A DNA stretch of 61,828 nt, counting the filler, from Chthonomonadaceae bacterium (GTDB taxonomy: Bacteria; Armatimonadota; Chthonomonadetes; Chthonomonadales; Chthonomonadaceae): NCBI GenBank assembly GCA_035650735.1. It is 4 parts of 4 records of this genome, joined end to end, with 100 filler letters (N's around TTAATTAATTAA, not from the genome) between each part and the next. Parts side by side here need not be neighbours in the genome. Positions count along the whole stretch, not along the records: positions 1 to 28,414 come from DASRGZ010000114.1; positions 28,515 to 45,017 come from DASRGZ010000122.1; 2 more parts are not named here. The stretch is one strand, 5' to 3'. Every line of letters begins with the position of its first letter. The stretch's first letter is position 1. Below the pieces are notes generated by a model. It saw only the letters and a program-made list of their open reading frames with translations. It was not told where the DNA came from and ran no database searches. Positions 20,362 through 28,820 of this stretch are shown in pieces. The translations under genes and the position numbers were made by a program.

Positions 20362-22371
20362 TTACAGGGCGATGACGCGCACGCCATAGGGCGGCAGCGG
20401 CAGGGAGCTCTGGAACGTCTCGCCGGTCAGCAGATCCTGCACGGAGGCGGACAGCGGAGGCGCAGGCAGAGCCAGCGCGGCCTGCTGGCGGGTGTGGTTG
20501 ATGACGAGCAGGACGGCGCGGCCATCCTCGCCGACGCGGCCATCCTCGCCGACGCGGCGGGCGACCTCCACCCCGGCGGGCGCACCGGAGAGGACGGGCG
20601 TAATCCGCGCCTGCTGGGTCAGCCAGGTCATCAGGCTGGTTTGCAGTGGGTCATCGAGCACGGCGCCGACCGTGATGACCTGTCCGCCGCGTTCCCCGAC
20701 CCGATGCAGCGCCGCCGCGCATTCGCCTTCCAGCCAGCCATTTGAGGGACCAAAGCGGGCCAGGATCTGGGTGTTCGGGTCGAGTGGGCGCAGTAGCTCA
20801 GCCCAGAGCGTGCTCTGGCCCGCCTGGTGGCCCTGCCAGGACGCCTCCACCGGAACCGGCTCGTCCAGGGCGTAGTACTCCGCCGTCTCCACGCCCGCCA
20901 GATGGCGCAGGGGGCCGGGCTGGAGCGTGGGGAACAGGGCGTTGTGTACGTCCTTCTGGCCGACGCGCACCGTCAGCAGCAGCGTGCCCCCACCCTCCAC
21001 GAAGGCCCGTAAGTTCTCCGCCGCCGTCTCCGAGAGCACGACCAGCGCGGGCGCGATGACGAGCTTGTACCCCTCCAGCGGCGCCTCTGAGGAGATAATA
21101 TCCACGCCGATGTTCTGCGCGGCCAGCGGGCGATAGTAGTGCAGGAGGTGGGTGATCGGGTCGAAGCCCTGGTGGTGGCGCTGCCAGTTGATGGACCAGC
21201 GGGCGTCATAAGAGTGGAGGATGGCAACCTCGTTGCGAGGCTCGGTGCCGGTGAGGGCTTCGCCAAGCGCCTGGAAGTCTCGACCCAACTGCTGCGCCTC
21301 GCTATAAAAGGGACGCGGGTTACCGTCCGCGCCAAGCAGGGAGCCGTGCAGCTGCTCCTGCCCGCCGCGCGCCGGGCGCCACTGCCAGTAGAGGATGGCG
21401 TCTGCGCCGTGCCCGATGGCGTGCCAGGCCATGCAGCGCGCCTCGCCTTGATAGAGCACGTTGTTGATGCTCGCCCAGTTGACGCTGCCGGGCTGGGTCT
21501 CCATCAGCCAGAAGTTCTTGCGCTTGAGGCCGCGCATCAGGTCGTGGGTGGCGCCGGTGCGGGTATAGTCGTGGTGACCGGCGCCGATATACCAGTCCCA
21601 GGAGATAAAATCTAAGTCCCTGGCCAGCTCGTAGTGGTCGAAGGCGTCGAACCAGCCCATAAAATTGTGCGTGATCCACTGCTCCGGACGGATATACTGG
21701 CGCAGCGCATCTATCTGAAGCTTTTGGAAGTCGCGCCAAACTTTGGTGATGAAGCGGCGGAAGGCCAGCATCAGGCCGGGGTTGTGCGGGCCGATGGGCA
21801 ACGGGATCTCGTTCCAGTCCGTGTAGGTCTGGCTCCAGTAGGCGGTGGTCCAGTGGGCGTTGAGGGCTTCCAGCGTACCGTACTGCTCTTTGAGGTACGC
21901 GTGGAATTGGCGGCGCGAGTTCTCGGAGTAGTCCACGCGGTTATATTCATTATCAATCTGCCAGCCAATGATGCCCTCATCCTGCCCAAAGCGCTTCGCC
22001 ATCTGCTCGACGATGCGGCGGACGTACCGATGGTAGGTGGTGCTGGTGGGGGAATAGTGGCAGCGATTGCCGTGCTGGGCCGGGCGTCCGCTGGCTTCGA
22101 CGGCGAGCGTATCCGGGTGATGGTGGGTCAGCCAGGCGGGCGGCGCCGCCGTCGGCGTGCCCAGGACGACCGCCAGGCCGTTATCCTTGAGCAGGGCAAT
22201 GGCCCGTTCCAGCCAGCCGAATTCATAGTGGCTTTCGCTCGGCTCCATTGTGCTCCAGGCAAACTCGGCGATACGGCAAACCGTAAAGCCCGCCTCGCGC
22301 ATCAGGCGCACGTCTTCCGCCCAGCGCTCCTCAGGCCAGTGTTCGGGATACCACGCGGCCCCTAAATGCAT
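20362..22371 (-). CDS. GH42 beta-galactosidase
   Basis: 'GAAWYPEHW', 'EFAWS..EP', 'TPTAAPPAW', 'WQIDNEY', 'METQPG', 'EQLHG'. Confidence 0.95.
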   Translation of the reverse strand: MHLGAAWYPEHWPEERWAEDVRLMREAGFTVCRIAEFAWSTMEPSESHYEFGWLERAIALLKDNGLAVVLGTPTAAPPAWLTHHHPDTLAVEASGRPAQHGNRCHYSPTSTTYHRYVRRIVEQMAKRFGQDEGIIGWQIDNEYNRVDYSENSRRQFHAYLKEQYGTLEALNAHWTTAYWSQTYTDWNEIPLPIGPHNPGLMLAFRRFITKVWRDFQKLQIDALRQYIRPEQWITHNFMGWFDAFDHYELARDLDFISWDWYIGAGHHDYTRTGATHDLMRGLKRKNFWLMETQPGSVNWASINNVLYQGEARCMAWHAIGHGADAILYWQWRPARGGQEQLHGSLLGADGNPRPFYSEAQQLGRDFQALGEALTGTEPRNEVAILHSYDARWSINWQRHHQGFDPITHLLHYYRPLAAQNIGVDIISSEAPLEGYKLVIAPALVVLSETAAENLRAFVEGGGTLLLTVRVGQKDVHNALFPTLQPGPLRHLAGVETAEYYALDEPVPVEASWQGHQAGQSTLWAELLRPLDPNTQILARFGPSNGWLEGECAAALHRVGERGGQVITVGAVLDDPLQTSLMTWLTQQARITPVLSGAPAGVEVARRVGEDGRVGEDGRAVLLVINHTRQQAALALPAPPLSASVQDLLTGETFQSSLPLPPYGVRVIAL

Positions 22372-22415
22372 GGATTCACTCCTCAAACTCCCGCCTTTCC
22401 CGGCGGGATACAGTG

Positions 22416-22745
22416 TTAATCGCCCTGGCGGTTGGAAAACTTGGCACGCTCCAGCAGCAGCAAGCCCTGTACGGCGGCGTGGAAGCCTATCAGCACGGTA
22501 AAAATGAGTATGCCCGGCAGACACAGTCCGCGCAAGCACCAGAACAGGGAGAACCCCAGGTAGAACGGCAGCGCCACGAAGGGCAGGCCGGAGGGAACGT
22601 ATCCGGCCCGCCGCTGGATGGGTTTGCGGATCAGCCAGAGCAGCAGGGAAAACAGGTCGAGCGCCAGCCCCAGGAGGAGCGCTCCCATCCCGAACAGATA
22701 ACACATCTGGGTGAAAGGCAGTGCGTGGGGCATTGCCGTTCTCAT
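22416..22745 (-). CDS. Small membrane protein
   Basis: Three hydrophobic segments; fills the gap between co-oriented genes. Confidence 0.55.
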   Translation of the reverse strand: MRTAMPHALPFTQMCYLFGMGALLLGLALDLFSLLLWLIRKPIQRRAGYVPSGLPFVALPFYLGFSLFWCLRGLCLPGILIFTVLIGFHAAVQGLLLLERAKFSNRQGD

Positions 22746-22788
22746 TTCTGGCCGATAGGCCCGGAAGGCTGCTGCGAAGCGATTAGCT

Positions 22789-24108
22789 CTAGAGAGAACG
22801 CAGGATCAGCCCGCTCCAGAGCTTGGGATAGAAGAAGGTAGATTTTTGCGGCATCTTATCCCCGGCGGCGGCCACATCGCGCACCTCCGTCACGGTCGGC
22901 GTCTGGAGCAGGCAGGCCAACTGATATACGCCCGATTGGACTTTATAGACGGCCTCCTGCTCGTCGCGCGTATAGGCGATGTCGGGCGTGTGGGCCAGCT
23001 CCGCCCAGGAGATTCCCAGCGTTCGCTCTAGCACCAGCGCCTGCAGGATCGTCACGTCCAGGTGGCGCCAGGCGGGGCTATGCTGGCTGTCCAGAGCCGC
23101 ATCCACCAGGTTCAGATCGCGCAGCGTCAGCGCGTAGGCACCTCGCGCCGTGATCAAAACGAATCGCTTCTCGCCCGGAACCTGCGTCTGGAGCCAGGCG
23201 CGGGCGGCGCTGACGGGCATGGCCTGCACATGAAAGAAGCGATCAAGCTGTAGAGCCAGTTGCTCCAGGCGGCTGGCCGGGATATTCTTGACCAGGCGAT
23301 GCGTCGGCAGGACCACCAGGCCGGGGTACTCAAAGGCGCTCAGGCCGATCAGCAGGTAATCATAGGGCTGCGGTATCTCCGGATTCCCCTCAGCGGCACG
23401 GCGTTCGCGCTGATAGTTCAGCGCGGTTTCGTAGCGGTGGTGGCCGTCGGCGATCCAGATACGGCGCGGGGCGAAGAACTCTTCCAGGTCGGCAAGCAGG
23501 CAGGAATCCGTATAACGATAGAGGGTATGCTGCTCGCTGTCCGGGGCGTGCCGGCCCGGCAGGACGGCTTTGAGCAGGGGCTCCTGCTGCCAGCGCTGCG
23601 CCTGGAGGCTACTGGCGACGGTCCCGGCGGGATCTTCATAGAGGCCGTAAATAGGCTCCGGGTTGACGCGGGTGGCGCGCATCAGCTCCAGGCGGTCGGC
23701 CTTTGCCTTCGGGTGCGTCTCCTCGTGCGGCAGGACGATGCCCTGCTCATAAGGCACCAACTTGAGCGCGACGAACAGGGCGCGGCGCTCCAGGAGGCGC
23801 TGCGGCTCCAGCGGATGCTCGAACTGCTGAATATATTCGTAGAGGGCGGGCGCCGTATCCTGCACCAGCACGCCCTTTGCCAGCGCCTCGCGTAAAAATT
23901 GGGCGGCGCGGGTGTAGCGATTATGCGCGGCATCGTCTCCAGACGCCTCTTTGTTGAGGATCAGGCGCACGATATTCTCAGGGTGCCGGGCATAGAGGGC
24001 GTCCTGCTCGGCGGGCGAGAGCACATCGTAGGGCGGCGCGATGACGTCGGCTATCGGCACGCGCGCCGGGTTATAGTGTATTCCCCGAAATGGGGCAATC
24101 TCAGCCAT
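22789..24108 (-). CDS. DUF1015 family protein
   Basis: 'IAPPYDV', 'PHEET', 'IADGHHRYETA', 'MPQKSTFFYPKL.SGL'. Confidence 0.93.
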   Translation of the reverse strand: MAEIAPFRGIHYNPARVPIADVIAPPYDVLSPAEQDALYARHPENIVRLILNKEASGDDAAHNRYTRAAQFLREALAKGVLVQDTAPALYEYIQQFEHPLEPQRLLERRALFVALKLVPYEQGIVLPHEETHPKAKADRLELMRATRVNPEPIYGLYEDPAGTVASSLQAQRWQQEPLLKAVLPGRHAPDSEQHTLYRYTDSCLLADLEEFFAPRRIWIADGHHRYETALNYQRERRAAEGNPEIPQPYDYLLIGLSAFEYPGLVVLPTHRLVKNIPASRLEQLALQLDRFFHVQAMPVSAARAWLQTQVPGEKRFVLITARGAYALTLRDLNLVDAALDSQHSPAWRHLDVTILQALVLERTLGISWAELAHTPDIAYTRDEQEAVYKVQSGVYQLACLLQTPTVTEVRDVAAAGDKMPQKSTFFYPKLWSGLILRSL

Positions 24109-24218
24109 GCGGGTATTAATTTCCTCTCCGTTGAATTTCTTGTGATTTTTATACCTGCAATGCGGCCCTGTCCGTTATGGGTCTAGCAAAATTCGCCCAA
24201 CGGCTGGTTCGCCTCCAG

Positions 24219-24428
24219 CCCTCACCCCCGGCCCCTCTCCCGACGCTGCGGGAGAAGGGAGAGGTTCTCATTCCCAGGCTCTTCCGTTCTGCCTTCTCTC
24301 CCCTCATCCCCGGCCCTTCTCCCTTGGAGGGAGAAGGGAGAGCAGAAGCCGGGCATCTACTTCCCCCTCTCCCGCAGCGCCGGGAGAGGGGGGCAGGGGG
24401 TGAGGGCGATAAGAAACAGGGGGTTAGG
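24219..24428. repeat. REP-like palindrome cluster
   Basis: Three copies of CCCTCACCCCCGGCCCCTCTCCC-loop-GGGAGA, in both orientations. Confidence 0.85.
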
Positions 24429-24432
24429 TGCG

Positions 24433-25200
24433 TCAGCGCAGGCGGCGCGCCCACTCTGCCAGACGTACGGCGGTCTCTTCGGTGAGCGGCCAGCCATGCC
24501 CAGCCAACAGCGCTGCCGGGCGCAGCTCGGCCAGGCGGCGCGCGCTCTGTTTGGCCTGCTCCCAGTTCTCCGTGAAGAGAGGCATGGGCAGGCTGAGGCC
24601 GGTCACGCGCTTAACCGGGATAATATTGAGCACGGCATCGCCGCTGAACAGCAGCCCATCGCGCTCACGGAAGTAGGCGACGTGGCCGGGCGTGTGGCCG
24701 GGGCTGGCGAGAACCCGCAGCGGCCCGCCGGGAGCCTCCACGATCTGTCCCTCCGTCAGCAGGACGTCCGCGCCGCAGCGTTCGACCGGATAGAGCAATT
24801 CGCCCGCTAGAAAAGCCAGGCTGGTATGCAGGCGTACCAACCGTTGCCAGCCGGGAGGAGCATAGGTACGCAGGGGTCGCCCCAGATAGGGCGCTTCGGC
24901 CTGATGCGTGTAGATCGCCGCCCGGCAGGTGGGGCTGCCCTTCCTGGCGCGACCGGCAAAGTAGGCGGCGTTGCCCGCATGGTCGCAGTGGGCGTGCGTC
25001 AGATAGGCCGCCCGTATTTGCTCCGGCGCAACGCCGACCTGCCGGACTGCCTCCAGCAGCCGTCCCCGATCCTTTGCTAACCCCGTATCAATCAGGGCCG
25101 CCTCGCCGCCTTCGGTAAGCAGATAGGCGTTGCTCCATGCCAGCGAAATCTGATACACTCCCTTCCCGACCTGTCTCACCGCCACACCTTGCCTAAACAA
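24433..25200 (-). CDS. MBL-fold metallo-hydrolase
   Basis: 'LIDTG', 'THAHCDHAG', 'PGHTPGH', 'SGDA', 'GHG'. Confidence 0.9.
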   Translation of the reverse strand: MFRQGVAVRQVGKGVYQISLAWSNAYLLTEGGEAALIDTGLAKDRGRLLEAVRQVGVAPEQIRAAYLTHAHCDHAGNAAYFAGRARKGSPTCRAAIYTHQAEAPYLGRPLRTYAPPGWQRLVRLHTSLAFLAGELLYPVERCGADVLLTEGQIVEAPGGPLRVLASPGHTPGHVAYFRERDGLLFSGDAVLNIIPVKRVTGLSLPMPLFTENWEQAKQSARRLAELRPAALLAGHGWPLTEETAVRLAEWARRLR

Positions 25201-25318
25201 ATGCTGGACGCCTCTGCAATCATATACGCACGGGTTCTGAAGTCGAGAGCAGCCCCAGGAGACGGCGCGAGCCTACAAGGCGCTTCCAGGATGGTGCGCA
25301 ATCGGCCCGATGCCCGCT

Positions 25319-25663
25319 TTAACGCGGGGGCATCGTCTCGTCGGAAGGTCTTACCATAAGCTCCTTCTCGGCTGCCTCGCGTGCGGCACGCTCGCTCTCC
25401 GTCCTCTGTGCATCGGTAGACTCTATCCGCTCGACCTCAATCGTGCAGTGGGTCAGCACCGCAGCCAGCGCGCCGACGGCAGCGAGTATGGGAGCCAGGG
25501 CAACGCCGATGATGCCGATAGTCAACGGAAACTCAGCGATGGTATGATCGTCCTGCTTGATAACGATACGGCGGACGTTACCCTCGTGAATGAGGCGCTC
25601 GACCTGTTCCACGAGTTCTTCGCCGGCCACTTTGATCTGTTCGACGTAAGATCGTTCGCTCAT
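25319..25663 (-). CDS. DUF4342 protein
   Basis: 'LIHEGNVRRIVIK...EFPLTIG...LAAVGALAA...CTIEVER'. Confidence 0.85.
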   Translation of the reverse strand: MSERSYVEQIKVAGEELVEQVERLIHEGNVRRIVIKQDDHTIAEFPLTIGIIGVALAPILAAVGALAAVLTHCTIEVERIESTDAQRTESERAAREAAEKELMVRPSDETMPPR

Positions 25664-25727
25664 GATAGAATTCCTTTCTCTCCTCAAACGTGGTGAGCGC
25701 TTCGCTCTCCACCCGTTGAAAAAGCGG

Positions 25728-26819
25728 TTACGCTGCCTCTTCCAGTGCGTAGGCAATGGCCTGCTCCAGAGTCATGGCCCGTCCCTCCGACCAGGCAGCG
25801 TTAAAGCCATCCTCGCTCAAGTCAGCACGGGCCTGAGCTATCTCGCGGTCGTGCTTCTTACGCTCACGGGGCTGGAGGGGAGCGCCAATCTCCTCCCGCA
25901 GCGCCTCCGCAGTGCCCCACAACCGTGCCGCGCGCTCTGTCTGCTCCTGCACGGAAGCCAGAGCCGCAAATGCCTCCAGCGAACCCGCAATGCCCTGTTG
26001 TTGCCCTAATTCCCGAAAGAGTGCCAGGCTCTCCCTATGCAGGTCATGCGCTGTGGCATACTCGTCTTGAGCATAGGCGACCTGCCCCAGGTTGAAGAGC
26101 GAGTAGGCCAGACCTCCTTTGTCCCCCACCTCCCGAAAGAGCGCCAGACTCTCCTCTTGAAGGGTACGAGCCGCCCTGTAATCATCCTGCATTTGAGCTA
26201 CCAATCCCAGGTTGTTAAGGGACGCCGCGATGCTCGGTAGACACTCCCAGCCGTGTGGATCAATCTCACGCAGCCTGCTGCTGAGGAGATACGTCAACAC
26301 CGTTGGGAGGGATTACCCGATGCTCTGTTTGTCTCCCAATTCCCGTCGCAGCGCCAGACTCTCCTCGTGCAAGGCGCGTGCTGTCGTAAAATCGCCTTGC
26401 TCATAGGTCAGCACCGCAAGATTATTGAGTGTCGTTGCGATGTTCAGAGGCTGACCGAAGTAATCACCATCGCGTTCTTCTGTCATGCCGGTATGCAGAG
26501 CCATCCTTACGCGCAGCGAAAGTCTGTCCGGCCAGGGCTCGGCGTGGAGAGCGCGCTGCGCAGCGAGAGCGGCGTGGAGAGCATCGGGTGCGCTGGCGAA
26601 GGCAGCGCAGAAGGCATCACCGACGGTTTTGAACACCACCCCGCTGTTGCTCTCGATGGCCTGTCGGAGCAGGGCGTCATGGCGTGCCAGAGCCGCGCGC
26701 ATAGCCTCCGGGTGTTCCTCCCAGAGCTTGGTGCTGCCCTCGATGTCCGTAAAGAGAAAAGTAACGATTCCGCTCGGCAGGTTCAAACTACAACTCCCGT
26801 TCTTATATATCAGCGACAC
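25728..26819 (-). pseudogene. Adenylate/guanylate cyclase-TPR gene remnant (internal deletion plus MITE insertion)
   Basis: 'TFLFTDIEGST..KTVGDAF..RMALHTG..DYFG' runs directly into TPRs; removing the 90-bp insertion restores 'GDKQSIAASLNNLG'. Confidence 0.85.
26236..26317. mobile_element. 82-bp MITE with IS1-like termini
   Basis: Inverted ends GGTAGACACTCCCAGCCGTGTGGA / GGTAATCCCTCCCAACGGTGTTGA (18/24 match); 8-bp target duplication CGATGCTC at 26228-26235 and 26318-26325. Confidence 0.85.
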
Positions 26820-26895
26820 TGTTCATTATGAGGCGAACCCTTTCCTGCCTCAGGGTCCTTCCGTTCTCGGCGCTATTGCGTTTTTGGCGTCCGCC

Positions 26896-27028
26896 AGTCA
26901 CAAGGCAGAGGCGCGAGTGTCGCTAGGCGGAGGGCTGTCGCAAGGCGGAGGCGCGAACTATTGCAGCGCCGACCCTTGCAGTCCGTTGAGGGCCGACCCT
27001 AGCAGTCGTAGCGCCGTCCCTTGCAGTC
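26896..27028 (+). repeat. Nested hairpin unit (three levels)
   Basis: Left ends CAAGG, CTAGG, CAAGG matched outside-in by right ends CCTTG, CCTAG, CCTTG. Confidence 0.85.
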
Positions 27029-27202
27029 GCTTGGCCGCTGAGCCGGGTCATTCATGGCCCGGCGTCTGCCTAGGACAAGAACGTTCAGGATCCCTGGCTC
27101 AAGAGCAGGGATTGTGCTCTCTCCCGAGGAATGGTAAAACCGGAATTTACTCACTTAAAGCCGATGTGCTTCGCAGTGGCGGGAGTTGAAAGGGGAGTAA
27201 CA

Positions 27203-28414
27203 GTGGCACAAAGACAATCTAGTTCGGAGGCGTCCCGGGGAGCGGAGGAGGATCTCGCTACCCTGGATGCTTATTGGCGCGCGGCCAACTACCTGGGCGC
27301 AGCCCAGATCTACCTTCAGGATAACTGCCTGCTGGAAGCGCCGCTTCGGCCCGAGCATATCAAGGAGCGCCTGCTCGGCCACTGGGGAACGGTGCCGGGC
27401 ATCAATTTCATCTATGCGCACCTGAATCGATTGATACGACAGCAGGATGCCGGCATTCTCCTGATCACCGGCCCCGGGCACGGCGCGCCCGCCAACATCG
27501 CCAACCTCTACCTGGAAGGCTCCCTCCAGGAATTTTATCCCGACCTGACTCTCGACCGCAAGGGCGCCTATCGCCTGATACGCAGCTTCTCCTGGCCGGG
27601 CGGCTTCCCCAGCCATCTCTATCCCGGCATGCCCGGCAGCATCCACGAGGGCGGCGAACTGGGCTACGCCCTGGCGACGGCCTTCGGAGCGGCTTTCGAC
27701 AATCCCGACCTGATCGTGGCCTGCATTGTCGGCGACGGCGAGGCGGAAACCGGCCCGACCGCAACGGCCTGGCATAGCACCAAGTTTCTGAACCCGGCCC
27801 ACGATGGCGCGGTGCTGCCCATCCTGCATCTAAACGGCTATAAGATCTCCAGCGAGACGGTCTTCGGCGCCATGACCGATGCCGAGCTTATCGATCTGTT
27901 TGAAGGCTACAACTATTCCGTATCTATCGTAGAGGCCCAGGCCGATACGCCGGAGCCGCGTGCGTCTGCGCACCGCCAGATGGCCGGGGCGCTCTCGGAG
28001 GCGTATGCGGCTATCCGGCGCATCCAGGCGGCAGCGCGCCAGGGCTTTCCCGAAGATCGTCCGCGCTGGCCCATGCTCATCCTGCGCTCCCCCAAAGGCT
28101 GGACGGGGCCGAAAGAGGTCAACGGCGAGCCTGTCGAAGGCTCGTTCCGGTCGCACCAGGTGCCGATTACGGACGTCAGGACCAACCCGGCGCATCTGGC
28201 CCAACTGGAGCAATGGCTGCGCTCCTATCGCCCGCAGGAGCTTTTCGACAAGGAAGGACGTCCGAGGCCGGAGATCCTGGCTACCTGCCCCACCGGCGAC
28301 CGGCGCATGGGCATGAATCCGCATGCCTACGGCGGACGCATTCGCAAGGATCTGAACCTGCCGGACTTCCGGCAGTACGCCGTTCCTGTCGCCACGCCGG
28401 GTTCGCTGCGGCGA
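27203..28414 (+). CDS. xfp: Phosphoketolase, N-terminal part (cut by contig end)
   Basis: 'YWRAANYL', 'LLGHWGT', '[11 protein letters not shown]', 'GDGEAETGP', 'LNGYKI', 'PKGWTGP'. Confidence 0.95.
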
Positions 28415-28514
28415 NNNNNNNNNNNNNNNNNNNNNNNNNNNNNNNNNNNNNNNNNNNNTTAATTAATTAANNNNNNNNNNNNNNNNNNNNNNNNNNNNNN
28501 NNNNNNNNNNNNNN
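28415..28514. other. Artificial contig linker
   Basis: N-run + TTAATTAATTAA + N-run, 100 nt, identical at three places. Confidence 0.98.
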
Positions 28515-28655
28515 CAGCCGCTGTCCCAAAGCCCTATGGCGTGCGGTCTGGCTGTTTGTGTATGCTTACAACACAAGACAGTTAAAGAAGCGGGCGAACC
28601 CGCAGTACCAGTATGCATTGGTTGATTGCCTACCTGCAATCAGTTAGACACTCCC
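28515..28655 (+). mobile_element. 3' end of an IS1-family element (transposase C-terminus plus right IR)
   Basis: Frame 28516-28647 reads SRCPKALWRAVWLFVYAYNTRQLKKRANPQY..LVDCL; ends ..GTTAGACACTCCC; located at a contig edge. Confidence 0.7.
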
Positions 28656-28746
28656 GCGCATCCTGCAAGCTGCAAACGCGGTATCGCGGAGTACCGTAGG
28701 GACAAGCCCATGCGGTTTTTCACCCCCTGCACTCCCGCTATTATAA

Positions 28747-28777
28747 AGCCCCCGTCAGCTTAGTTGGCGGGGGCTTC
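28747..28777 (-). terminator. Intrinsic terminator after gyrA
   Basis: AAGCCCCCGCCAAC-TAA-GCTGACGGGGGCTT followed by an AT-rich tail. Confidence 0.7.
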
Positions 28778-28820
28778 GCAGGGGACAAACCCACTCTATC
28801 GGACTGCTCGTGCGGCTCGG

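Noticed and set aside
28415..28514. TTAATTAATTAA palindrome within N-runs (three occurrences)
   Set aside because: Synthetic all-frame-stop contig linker, not biology
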